Shown here: positions 38,236 to 47,160 of the stretch, piece by piece
Numbering within the stretch: position 1 is the stretch's first letter
How the letters are laid out: every line of letters starts with the position of its first letter
From: Rickettsiales bacterium
Lineage (GTDB): Bacteria > Pseudomonadota > Alphaproteobacteria > Rs-D84
Length of the DNA: 64,000 bases
Direction of reading: 5' to 3'
Assembly (NCBI GenBank): GCA_031266915.1
Contig: JAISAB010000024.1
Coordinates: forward strand, 23,571 to 87,570
Position numbers and translations under genes: made by a program
Notes under the pieces: generated by a model
Told to the model about the DNA's origin: nothing
Seen by the model: only the letters and a program-made list of their open reading frames with translations
Database searches by the model: none

Positions 38236-39831
38236 ATGGAAAAGACAAAATACATTTTCATCACCGGCGGGGTGGTTTCAAGTTTAGGCAAGGGCGTCGC
38301 GGCCGCAGGATTGGGTTCACTTCTTCAATCCAGGGGATATTCCGTCCATGCGCGCAAGTTCGACCCTTATTTGAATATCGACCCTGGCACTATGTCGCCT
38401 TTTCAGCATGGCGAGGTTTACGTCACTAACGACGGATACGAAACCGATTTGGACCTGGGATATTACGAGCGCTTTTTGGGTGCGAAACTGTCGCGCGATG
38501 ATTCAGTGTCGGGCGGGCGAATCTATTGGGATGTCTTGAATGCCGAACGCCGCGGAGACTATCTGGGCGGCACCGTTCAGATGATTCCCCACGTCAGCAA
38601 CAAAATCAAAGAATACATCGGCCGGCCCGTGGACGCTGATTTCGTAATCTGCGAAATCGGCGGCACGGTCGGCGATATAGAAGGAAAGATATTTTTGGAA
38701 TCTGCCCGCCAGTTCGCGAACGACATCGGTTGGCACAATGTTATGTTCGTTCATCTGACGTTGGCGCCTTATTTGGAAAAAAGCGGCGAATTGAAAACCA
38801 AGCCGACCCAGCAGTCCGCGCGATTGCTGCTGGAAAACGGAATTCAGGCGGACATGTTAATCGTGCGCACCCCGCGCGTCTTGGAAGACGACGAGCGCGC
38901 CAAAATCGGCATGTTCTGCAATCTGGCGAAGCAAAACGTTATCAGCGGAATCGACGTCGACAATATTTACAAGATTCCGTTGGCCTATGACGCGCAGAAC
39001 GTTTTCCAACGGATGGCGGAATATTTCGGCCTGACGGCCGCGCCCGGCGACATGTCCCGCTTTGAACGAATTGAAAGGTATCTGGCGGATGCCGCGATGT
39101 CCGAAATCACAATCGGAATCGTGGGCAAATACTTCAACGTGCCGGATGCTTATAAGTCTTTGAACGAGGCATTATTCCACGCCGGCATTCAGAACGGCGT
39201 TCATGTAAAGCTGAAGAAAATCGACGCCGAGAAATTTTCCGACGACGACGTTTCTGATGTCGACGGCATTCTGGTTCCGGGCGGCTTCGGCGTTCGCGGC
39301 GTGGACGGGAAAATCGCTGCCGCGAAATACGCCCGCGAAAACAAGGTTCCGTACATGGGAATCTGTCTGGGGATGCAGATTGCGGTAATCGAATTCATGC
39401 GCAATGTCGTCGGCATGGCCGATGCGAATTCGACCGAGTTCGCCGAGAAATGCACGCCCGTCATCGACATTATGCCGGACCACGACGCGGTGGATATGGG
39501 CGGCACGCTGCGCCTGGGGGCCTATCCGTGCGTTGTCCGGCCGGGCACGCTGGCGGCCGGTGTTTACGCGGAACAATTGGCGGACAACAAATCGCGGACC
39601 ATTTCCGAACGCCATAGGCACCGCTATGAAATGGATGTCGGGCTATCGGATAAAATCGCCAAACACGGAATGATTATTTCGGGACTTTCGCCGGACGGCC
39701 GCTTGCCTGAAATTATCGAGCTGACCGACCATCCCTTTTTCATGGCCGGACAGTTTCATCCTGAATTCCAGTCCAGCCCGTATATTGGGCATCCATTTTT
39801 CAATGCATTTATCAAGGCGGCAAAAAAATAA
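38236..39831 (+). CDS. pyrG: CTP synthase
   Basis: It starts MEKTKYIFITGGVVSSLGKG and has the glutaminase domain GICLGMQ with ...HRHRYE. Confidence 0.95.
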   Translation: MEKTKYIFITGGVVSSLGKGVAAAGLGSLLQSRGYSVHARKFDPYLNIDPGTMSPFQHGEVYVTNDGYETDLDLGYYERFLGAKLSRDDSVSGGRIYWDVLNAERRGDYLGGTVQMIPHVSNKIKEYIGRPVDADFVICEIGGTVGDIEGKIFLESARQFANDIGWHNVMFVHLTLAPYLEKSGELKTKPTQQSARLLLENGIQADMLIVRTPRVLEDDERAKIGMFCNLAKQNVISGIDVDNIYKIPLAYDAQNVFQRMAEYFGLTAAPGDMSRFERIERYLADAAMSEITIGIVGKYFNVPDAYKSLNEALFHAGIQNGVHVKLKKIDAEKFSDDDVSDVDGILVPGGFGVRGVDGKIAAAKYARENKVPYMGICLGMQIAVIEFMRNVVGMADANSTEFAEKCTPVIDIMPDHDAVDMGGTLRLGAYPCVVRPGTLAAGVYAEQLADNKSRTISERHRHRYEMDVGLSDKIAKHGMIISGLSPDGRLPEIIELTDHPFFMAGQFHPEFQSSPYIGHPFFNAFIKAAKK

Positions 39832-39859
39832 CCACGGATTACTTCGCCGCATGATTTTC

Positions 39860-40795
39860 TTAGGTTGTCGACGGTGTATACTCGCAGTCCTCTGTATGCG
39901 TGAAAGTCCCGATTTCATCGTAATAGGTCCCCGCGGGCAGTTTGCAAGAGGCGCTGGTCTTTCCGGTCCCAGCGGCATTAGTTCCGTACGCCTTTATCGT
40001 CAGCTCGATGTTAGTGTAAACACCATCTGCCGCCGCGCATCGTGCGCATGAGTATTCTTTGGAGGGCGCAGTATAAGTATAATATCCTGCGTTGCAGGTG
40101 GGGGTGGTGCTGCCGGCCGGGCAGGTGGCGTTTCTGGGGCACAAGATGCATGACGACTGAAACATTCTGTCTTTAATATATCCCTCGTTGCATACAAAAT
40201 CCGTTGCGTTGCACACCGAATTTTCTGGGCATGCATTGCATGTAAGGAATTTATAGTAATATCCTGTGTTGCAGCTGGGGGTGGTGGTGCCGGCTGGGCA
40301 AGTCGAGTTTTGCGGGCAAGCAATGCAATTGGTGCTGGTGCCGTAATATCCGCCCTTGCATCTGTACTCTGTGCTGCGGGCGGAACATGCGCCGGGGCTG
40401 GGAGAGGATGCTGACATTGTGCAGGTCCCGTCGTATTGCCGCGACTGGTAACCACGGTTGGCAACATCACTCCAACTGCTGGGGTTGTCGCACGCCGTGC
40501 ATTCTACTTTTGTAAAAGCGCCCCCTGAACAATACCAATAAGTGTTGTTTGTGCAGCTGTATACCATGGTATAGTTGGATATATAACCCATATAGGTGTA
40601 TCCACTACCCATATACTCATTGGTCGTAGAGCATGAGTAGTACTTGCGGGCGGTACCATCTGAGTATACAAGCGCAATATATCCCCCAGTCACTATAGAT
40701 GAAGCACCAAATCCATAGCAATCATCAAGCGCCTTGGCGTTTCCGGCGGATAAAGCAAGAAAAACAGCAAAACAGACCAGACGAAGACTTTTCAT
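39860..40795 (-). CDS. secreted cysteine-rich protein, paralog C
   Basis: The signal peptide is MKSLRLVCFAVFLALSAGNAKA. It has EYRCKGGYYGTSTNCIACPQNSTCPAG, repeated C.ACP.NS.C...GYY units and the C-terminal SCKLPAGTYYDEIGTFTHTEDCEY. Confidence 0.8.
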   Translation of the reverse strand: MKSLRLVCFAVFLALSAGNAKALDDCYGFGASSIVTGGYIALVYSDGTARKYYSCSTTNEYMGSGYTYMGYISNYTMVYSCTNNTYWYCSGGAFTKVECTACDNPSSWSDVANRGYQSRQYDGTCTMSASSPSPGACSARSTEYRCKGGYYGTSTNCIACPQNSTCPAGTTTPSCNTGYYYKFLTCNACPENSVCNATDFVCNEGYIKDRMFQSSCILCPRNATCPAGSTTPTCNAGYYTYTAPSKEYSCARCAAADGVYTNIELTIKAYGTNAAGTGKTSASCKLPAGTYYDEIGTFTHTEDCEYTPSTT

Positions 40796-40818
40796 AACAT
40801 CTCCCTTTTTTAGGTATG

Positions 40819-41000
40819 AAAAAACCGCCAGGAAATTGGCGGTCGGGGAGTTAGAAAAATCACTTAATGACTGACCCCGCCGGTCTTCGCCCGATCCGTC
40901 GCCGCTTGCGGCGACGGATTAAAGGCTGTTTTATAACCGACAGCTCCCCGACCAAGCGGGGATACACAATAAAAGGCGCAAATGCGCCGCTATTGTGCGG
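40819..41000 (-). promoter_or_regulatory. structured leader RNA, copy C
   Basis: The segments are CCCCG / GGUCGGGGAG / CUCCCCGACCGCC / GGCGGU followed by U6, then GGGAG and the ATG. The interior carries the GUCGCCGCAAGCGGCGAC hairpin. The promoter is not clear. Confidence 0.55.
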
Positions 41001-41261
41001 ATTTCGACACGTCTTCAACGTATCGCATTAAGCAGGCTTTTCTAAGGCCCCGAACCCAAATCCTTTTGGATTCAAACGAATTGTAAAACATTCCGGATGT
41101 TATTTCAATGTAATTTTTTTGCATGGTTTTTATGACGCTTCGCACCATCATGTTTTGCGCATGCCGGGACAAGGCGGCCGTATCCGGCGGAAAATTAAGA
41201 ATTAATAATTAAGAATTATGGTTTGCCGCCGCGCGGCCCGTTTATTCTTAATTCTTATTTT

Positions 41262-41582
41262 TTAATTCTTAATTCCGAATATGAATTCAGGATTTGCGGA
41301 CAGGGCAATAATCGCGTCCATGTTGTCGTCAGCGCTGGCGCGCTGGCGCCGTTGCTTGCCGCATTTCTCGCATTTGTGGGTAATTACAAAGTGGTCGCCA
41401 ACGGGCGCAACGGCGACGGGTCGCATCATTCCGCCGCAGGTGCCAGCCCTGTCGCCCGGGTTGACATCCACGTCGCGCGACCACAGGCATTTCGGGCAAT
41501 GGTTCGTATAGCCGCCGCCGTGCACGGCCGCTCCGCAATGCGCGCAGGTAAAGTCTTCAATGATGCGGATGAATTTTTTCAT
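41262..41582 (-). CDS. RNHCP-domain zinc-ribbon protein
   Basis: FTCAHCGAAVHGGGYTNHCPKCLWSRDVDVNPGDRA matches the RNHCP signature, and a second CEKCG ribbon is present. Confidence 0.7.
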   Translation of the reverse strand: MKKFIRIIEDFTCAHCGAAVHGGGYTNHCPKCLWSRDVDVNPGDRAGTCGGMMRPVAVAPVGDHFVITHKCEKCGKQRRQRASADDNMDAIIALSANPEFIFGIKN

Positions 41583-41658
41583 GAAAGATACGAGATAGGA
41601 GATACGAGATGCGAGATATTCAACGCCGAACTAATATCTCCTATCTTCATATCTGGAA

Positions 41659-41907
41659 CTAGATTCCCAGCGCGCTGCGGTACATTTTGACCAGTTCGTC
41701 CTGTTCGTCGATTTCATCCGGGTCCATCTTGCGCAGACGAATCATCTGACGGATGTATTTCGGGTCGAAACCGGCGCTTTTGGCCTCGGAAAAAATTTCC
41801 TTGATGTCGGCGGCGATGTTCGCCGTGTCTTCGTTCAGCTTTTCGATGCGTTCGATGATTGTCGTCAGCTGTTTGTTGTTCAACTCGCCCTGGTTCGCTT
41901 GTTTCAT
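41659..41907 (-). CDS. gapR: GapR / DUF2312 (UPF0335) nucleoid-associated protein
   Basis: The start is MKQANQGELNNKQL. LTTIIERIEKLNEDTANIAADIKEIFSEAKSAGFDPKYIRQMIRLRK closely parallels Caulobacter GapR. Confidence 0.8.
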   Translation of the reverse strand: MKQANQGELNNKQLTTIIERIEKLNEDTANIAADIKEIFSEAKSAGFDPKYIRQMIRLRKMDPDEIDEQDELVKMYRSALGI

Positions 41908-42140
41908 ATCCGTCTTCCTTTCTTTTTTTGAAAAAAGCCCTTGGCTTTCCCATTTGTGTTTTGATATTCTATGTGATATATTAATGCGAGTTTTCGTCAA
42001 AATCAAGGAAAACAAAAAATGAGTCTAAATCTATAAGTACGATTGTTATGGGATTTTCGCCATAGATAACCTGCTTATTTATTTAGCTTCATCAAGTTTT
42101 CCAGGCGAAAATAACGTTAAACTTAAAATGGACAAACAAA

Positions 42141-43508
42141 ATGAAAAGATTTACAAAAATCACATCGTCAATCGGTCCGGCCAGCGAATCCCAGGAAACG
42201 CTGGTCAAGATGATTGAAACGGGCGTCGACGTATGCCGCCTGAACTTCAGCCACGACACGGGCGCGGCCCAGGGTCGCAAAATCGACATCATCCGCGAAT
42301 ATTCGGCCCGAACCGGCCGGCCGGTCGCCGTTCTGGCCGACCTGCAGGGGCCCAAGCACCGTATAGGCAATTTTGAAACCGAAGACAAATACCCAATCGA
42401 ACCAGGCCAGAAGTTTATCCTGGACAGCGATCCGACGCCGGGAAATTCAAAACGTGTCCAGCTGCCGGATATGGACGTCATCAAGTCTTTAAAGGCCGGC
42501 GACCGCGTATTGCTGAACGACGGCAAGATTGAATTAAAAGTCGACAAGGTTGGCGCCGACAGTATCGAAACGACGGTCGTGCGCGGAAATCTGATTTGGT
42601 CGCGCCGCGGGTTCAACTTGCCCGATACCGAGGTCTCGACATCCGTATTGACGCACAAAGACCGCGAAGACCTGGAATATGTTTTGACCAAGAATCCGGA
42701 CTTTGTGGCCATTTCGTTCGTGCAAAAGGCCCAGGACGTTATCGATACGCGCGAATTCATCCGGGCGCGCACGGACCATCCGGTAAAAATTGTCGCGAAA
42801 ATTGAGCGCCCGAACGCCGTCGCGCGAATCGATGAAATCATCGACGCGTCGGACGCCATCATGATCGCGCGCGGCGACCTGGCGGTCGAGGTTCCATTTG
42901 AACAAGTCCCGGCCATTTCCCGCAAAATCATCCGGCTGTGCCGCGAAAAGAACCGACCGGTCATTATGGCGACCCAGATGTTGGGCTCTATGGTCGACAG
43001 CGATTTTCCAACGCGCTCGGAAATTTCGGACATTGCGACGGCCGCCTATCTGCATGTGGATTCCACGATGACGTCCGAAGAAACGACCATGTCCGCGAAT
43101 CCTGCGAACGTTGTCGCGACCATGTCGAAAATCCTGGCCAACGCGGATATGGATTCCATCGATAACGACCAGGACTGGTCGGATGTCGAAGATGTTCCCG
43201 AAAACGATTGGTCGCTGTCAGTGCTGACGGTCGCCGAATTGAACCAGGCATCGGCCATCGTCGTGTTCACGCACGACGGCCGGACCGCGACCAAGGTCGC
43301 GTGCCGCCGCCCGAACATGCCGATTGTCGCGGTATGCCGGGAATGCGTCGTCGCGAACCAGATGTGCCTGTTGCGCGGCGTGATGTCGACCTGTGACAGC
43401 GCGCTGTTCGACACCAAAGACGCCATCGAAGCCGCGCGAAGATTCGGTATCAAAGGCAACGTGGTCAAGGTCGACGGCAGCAAGATTATCCTGAATACGA
43501 TTGACTGA
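42141..43508 (+). CDS. pyk: pyruvate kinase
   Basis: Recognisable blocks are TKITSSIGPAS, VDVCRLNFSHD, IVAKIERPNAV and IMIARGDLAVE. Confidence 0.9.
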   Translation: MKRFTKITSSIGPASESQETLVKMIETGVDVCRLNFSHDTGAAQGRKIDIIREYSARTGRPVAVLADLQGPKHRIGNFETEDKYPIEPGQKFILDSDPTPGNSKRVQLPDMDVIKSLKAGDRVLLNDGKIELKVDKVGADSIETTVVRGNLIWSRRGFNLPDTEVSTSVLTHKDREDLEYVLTKNPDFVAISFVQKAQDVIDTREFIRARTDHPVKIVAKIERPNAVARIDEIIDASDAIMIARGDLAVEVPFEQVPAISRKIIRLCREKNRPVIMATQMLGSMVDSDFPTRSEISDIATAAYLHVDSTMTSEETTMSANPANVVATMSKILANADMDSIDNDQDWSDVEDVPENDWSLSVLTVAELNQASAIVVFTHDGRTATKVACRRPNMPIVAVCRECVVANQMCLLRGVMSTCDSALFDTKDAIEAARRFGIKGNVVKVDGSKIILNTID

Positions 43509-43630
43509 AATATAAAACAACTAGTGCATAGTGATTAGTTTATAGTGCATAGTTACTAGTTTACTAATCACTATTAACTATGCACTAATCACTAATGTTT
43601 TGGATTTTTGATGCTATCCTTGATATAAGA

Positions 43631-43880
43631 AAACGGGGGGTTGATGAGGCCCCCCGCATGCACGCTATCCACTTCCATACTCCCAATATGGAAGCAAAAA
43701 ACCGCTTTTATAACAAAGCGGCTGGAGGCTAGTAACAATAATGTGAATTGCACGACTTATTCAATATATTCGTCGTCCTCCAGCCATATAGCTGGAATCC
43801 ACATATACAGGTTACTGGGCCTCATCGCGGAAACGCTCCACGACAAGGGTTATTGTACATTGTAAATACGATTTTTGCAA
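43631..43880 (-). ncRNA. orphan copy G1 of the structured RNA (no downstream ORF)
   Basis: The promoter is TTGCAA-17-TACAAT. P1 is UCGUGGA-GCGUU-UCCGCGA. The segments are UUCCAGC / GGCUGGAGG / CCUCCAGCCGC / GCGG followed by U6. A GGA-rich tail comes next, then a second terminator GGGGGGCCUCAUCAACCCCCC-GUUUU. Confidence 0.65.
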
Positions 43881-43892
43881 GCGATGATTTAA

Positions 43893-44144
43893 GAAACAGG
43901 GGGTTGATTAGGCCCCCCGCATGCGCACTATCCACTTCCGTATCTCCCATACGAAAGCGAAAAAAACCGCCTTTATAACAAAGCGGCTGGAGGCTAGTAA
44001 CAATTCAAGAATTGCACGACTTATTCAATATATTCGCCGTCCTCCAGCCATTTATGGCTGGAATCTTGATACAGGTTACTGGGCCTCATCGCGGAAACGC
44101 TCCGCGACAGTGGCTATTGTACATTGTAAATACGATTTTTGCAA
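43893..44144 (-). ncRNA. orphan copy G2 of the structured RNA (tandem duplicate of G1)
   Basis: It has the same architecture as G1, 264 bp upstream. The promoter is identical (TTGCAA-17-TACAAT). The P1 stem is UCGCGGA/UCCGCGA. Confidence 0.65.
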
Positions 44145-44156
44145 GTTTTTTCGACT

Positions 44157-44375
44157 GGTCCAACCGACAGAAATGTATTTTTTTGAACAAAAACAACTTT
44201 GTTGTTTTTGTCATCCCGGCGCAGGCCGGGATAGGGTCTATTAACCGTGAGCGAAGCGAACCAAAAACCATGGCAATGCTTCGCATTGCGGTTGATGGTC
44301 CCTATTCCTGCCTGCGCAGGAATGACAAACCTCTTTCAGAGGTTTGTTTAAAAAGATACATTCGATGTCAGTTGG
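44157..44375. mobile_element. MITE-like deletion derivative of the GIY-YIG element
   Basis: It has the same outer ends (CCAACCGACAGAAATGTAT... / ...ATACATTCGATGTCAGTTGG), the same inner hairpin modules (GTCATCCCGGCGCAGGCCGGGATAGGG / CCCTATTCCTGCCTGCGCAGGAATGAC) and the same AAACCTCTTTCAGAGGTTTG hairpin as 45700-46238. It lacks the ORF. Confidence 0.65.
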
Positions 44376-44506
44376 GCAAAAAATTGTTTTGCAAACTTTT
44401 GTTTTAATTAGGGTACATTGCTGACACTTGAACCTTTCGATTTAACAGGGACCGCCGTCCAAATAACTGTTGATTAGGAATGGCTTTTTCTTGTAGCATT
44501 TTATTT

Positions 44507-45655
44507 ATGAAAAAACTGTTCAGAATATCTGTTATCTGTGCTCTGTTATCTGTTAACTGCGCAGCCTATGGCGCCGGGTACCGGGCCGCGCTGGTCGCGG
44601 ATATGGATACCGGGCGCGTGCTGTACCAAGAAAACGCGACCGATTTGAATTATCCGGCGTCCCTGACCAAAATCATGACGCTGTATCTGACGTTCGACGC
44701 GCTGGAACACGGGCGTCTGCACTTGGATGACCATCTGATTGTCTCTGAAAGCGCGGCCGCCGCCAGCCCGGTAAAGCTGGGGCTGAAGGCCGGCAGCAAG
44801 ATTAAGGTCGAAGACGCGATTAAGGCCGTCGCCGTCCACAGCGCGAACGATGTCGCGCGCGTTTTGGCCGAAAACCTGAAGGGTGGGAAAGAGGGCAACT
44901 TCGCGTTCCTGATGACCCGGGTCGCGACCGAAATCGGATTGTCCAAAACCAACTTTGAAAATTCGTCCGGGTTGCCGAACGATGACCAATTGTCGTGTGC
45001 GCGCGACATCGCGCTGCTGTCGATGGCGGTGTACAAACACTTTCCGCAATACTGGAAATATTTCGGAATCAAGACCTGGACTTACGATGGCAAGACCTAT
45101 GCCAACGGCAACCGCCTGTTGAATTCCTATCCCGGGTGCGACGGCATGAAGACAGGATACACGAACAAATCGAAATATTCCCTGGTGGCTGCGGCAAAGC
45201 AGGGCGACAAGCGGCTGATGTCCGTCGTTCTGGGCGCCGAGAACAAAGACATTCGCGCGGCTGTTTCGACCCGAATGCTGGACAAGGGCTTTGCGATTGC
45301 GGGCGGCCGGGCCGTTGCGCCGACGCCGGTTGCGCCGACGCAGGTCGAAAAGCGCAGAGCGCAGAGCGCAGTCGAAAAATCGCAGGGCGATTTTTCATCG
45401 AATCACGAATCACAAATCACGAATCACGGCATCGCCGGCGGCGCGGCTGGTGTTCAGTTCGGCGCGTTTTCGTCCCAATCGGCGGCGCAGACCCAGGTGG
45501 CGAATGTTATGAACAAACTGGGCGTGCGCGCGAATATCGAGCCGACGGGCACCGGCATGTACCGCGTGCGCGCGAACGGATTGTCGGAAACGGCCGCGCA
45601 GAGAATCCGTGGCGACGCGTCCGCCAGCAGCATCGACAGCTATGTGTTTCATTGA
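44507..45655 (+). CDS. D-alanyl-D-alanine carboxypeptidase (PBP5/6 class) with a C-terminal SPOR-like domain
   Basis: The signal peptide is MKKLFRISVICALLSVNCAAYG. The catalytic motifs are SLTK (SxxK), SAN (SxN) and KTG. The C-terminal GVQFGAFSSQSAAQ...MYRVRANGLSETAAQRI is SPOR-like. Confidence 0.85.
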   Translation: MKKLFRISVICALLSVNCAAYGAGYRAALVADMDTGRVLYQENATDLNYPASLTKIMTLYLTFDALEHGRLHLDDHLIVSESAAAASPVKLGLKAGSKIKVEDAIKAVAVHSANDVARVLAENLKGGKEGNFAFLMTRVATEIGLSKTNFENSSGLPNDDQLSCARDIALLSMAVYKHFPQYWKYFGIKTWTYDGKTYANGNRLLNSYPGCDGMKTGYTNKSKYSLVAAAKQGDKRLMSVVLGAENKDIRAAVSTRMLDKGFAIAGGRAVAPTPVAPTQVEKRRAQSAVEKSQGDFSSNHESQITNHGIAGGAAGVQFGAFSSQSAAQTQVANVMNKLGVRANIEPTGTGMYRVRANGLSETAAQRIRGDASASSIDSYVFH

Positions 45656-45699
45656 TTAAGGCAGAAGTCAGAAGGCAAAAGTATTTCTGATTTATAATT

Positions 45700-46238
45700 T
45701 GCTCAAGTGACAGGAACGCACCTTATTAAAACAAAAGTTTGTTATACAAACTTTTGTCATTCCGGCGCAGGCCGGAATAGGGCCTATTGAATTTCGGTTT
45801 TCGACATATTTTTAATATACTCATCCAAACTGTCGGCCAAATCTTTCCAACAGGGATTCATCGTTTCTATTAATCGGTATTTCCAAGCGCGTTTCCAGTC
45901 TTTTAACGTTTTTTCGCGCGCAATCGCGTCGTTTACGTATTTATAATGTTCAAAATATCCAAGCTTTGTTATATCCTTTTCTTTTGTAAATCCGTCTACT
46001 AGTCCCATTTTATGTTCTATCATTCTGCGCTCAATATCATTAGTCACACCGACGTATGTGGCCTTGGCGCGTTCGTTGAACAAAATATAAACCCAAAAAT
46101 GATGTTCTTTGAATTCTCTCATATGTAAAGATGGTAAATATTTAAAGAAACTTTTTCAAGACCCTATTCCGGCCTGCGCCGGAATGACAAACCTCTTTCA
46201 GAGGTTTGTTTAAAAGGTACACCCTTGTCGGTTGAGCA
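45700..46238. mobile_element. GIY-YIG gene cassette bounded by nested inverted repeats
   Basis: The outer imperfect inverted repeat is TTGCTCAAGTGACAGGAACGCACCTTA / TAAAAGGTACACCCTTGTCGGTTGAGCA. The inner 29-bp inverted repeat is GTCATTCCGGCGCAGGCCGGAATAGGGCC / GACCCTATTCCGGCCTGCGCCGGAATGAC, with 1 mismatch. Confidence 0.65.
45784..46122 (-). CDS. GIY-YIG nuclease-family protein (UPF0213-like)
   Basis: HFWVYILFNERAKATYVGVTNDIERRMIEHK contains the GIY...YIG-type motif (VYIL...YVGVT), the conserved R and the glutamate E. Confidence 0.8.
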   Translation of the reverse strand: MREFKEHHFWVYILFNERAKATYVGVTNDIERRMIEHKMGLVDGFTKEKDITKLGYFEHYKYVNDAIAREKTLKDWKRAWKYRLIETMNPCWKDLADSLDEYIKNMSKTEIQ

Positions 46239-46283
46239 CTATTATTTATTCTTTGTTAACTGAAAATGGCGAATGACTATTCG

Positions 46284-46829
46284 TTACTTTAAAACCGCGC
46301 CGGACCAGTAGCAATTCTCGGTGTATTCAAAGGTGCCTGTTTCATCCTGTTCTATTACCCCGGCCGGTATATAGCAGTTTAACATTGAGCTGCCGCCCCA
46401 AGACGTCGCATTGACATTGTTGGTCTCCATTCTGCAATTTTTGCAATTTGCGAATCCAAGAGTATTGCTGAAAAAGCCCGCCGGACAGCTATCGAAATCA
46501 AGACAAAAGCCCCACATGCTCATAGATACCGATAAATCCAAACCATCTACATAATTTTCTGCAACACCGATAGCTTCCTCGCCCGCATTGATGGTTGAAC
46601 ATATACTGCTTTCAAGAGCCGTAGTATATCTCGAACAAACATCGCCATACGCCATGGAATTAATCGTATTAAAATCATAACCCATACCATTATACTGGTA
46701 CTCGTAATAAGATATCAGGTTTGACATTATATGGCATAAAATCTCGTCGTCATCGGATATTGCGGAAACGGGACTCGTCAGCGATACGCTTACAAGGGCG
46801 GCGGCGGCCCAAGTGATGAATTTTTTCAT
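46284..46829 (-). CDS. secreted cysteine-rich protein, paralog D
   Basis: The likely start MKKFITWAAAALVSVSLTSPVSA is a signal peptide. It has CPAGFFSNTLGFANCKNC and the C-terminal NCYIPAGVIEQDETGTFEYTENCYW. Confidence 0.75.
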   Translation of the reverse strand: MKKFITWAAAALVSVSLTSPVSAISDDDEILCHIMSNLISYYEYQYNGMGYDFNTINSMAYGDVCSRYTTALESSICSTINAGEEAIGVAENYVDGLDLSVSMSMWGFCLDFDSCPAGFFSNTLGFANCKNCRMETNNVNATSWGGSSMLNCYIPAGVIEQDETGTFEYTENCYWSGAVLK

Positions 46830-46853
46830 TCCAACCTCCTTTTTTTGTTTGGG

Positions 46854-47104
46854 AACGAAAGAACCGCCCAAAAAAGGCGGTCAGGAGGTTACAAACAATC
46901 CACATGAAATTGTGCCGTGTCTTCGATATATAACATCAGCCCTCCTGACCAACAGCCAGGAGCTTATTCTTCGCCGCAATAACAAAAAACACGCGAAACG
47001 CGCGCTGTTTAAAATTGCGACGCATGTGGAAGGAGTTTGTACACCCCGTCGCGGGAACACCCCGACGACAACATCAGTGTAATTCAAAGCGCCCCGCGTT
47101 TCAA
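46854..47104 (-). promoter_or_regulatory. structured leader RNA, copy D
   Basis: The promoter is TTGAAA-17-TACACT. P1 is GUCGUCGGG-GUGUU-CCCGCGAC, with one bulged U. The segments are CUCCUGG / GGUCAGGAGG / CCUCCUGACCGCC / GGCGGU followed by UCUUUCGUU. AGGAGG and the ATG come next. Confidence 0.7.
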
Positions 47105-47160
47105 CAATTATTTCATAATTCTTCTTTATTTATCTGGCAAATTTGGCTATGGTTTTCGGT

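Noticed and set aside
40990-41172. The 60-aa basic ORF upstream of leader C (and 41223..41690 opposite the RNHCP gene)
   Set aside because: It has no Shine-Dalgarno, no motif and arbitrary composition. ORF 41223..41690 is antisense to a well-supported RNHCP-domain gene.
43641-44407. ORFs drawn across the 264-bp tandem duplication (43641..43865, 43748..43978, 43921..44244, 44012..44407, 44086..44286)
   Set aside because: They exist only because the duplicated unit lacks stops in some frames. The region is better explained by two promoter-to-terminator RNA units on the minus strand plus a MITE.
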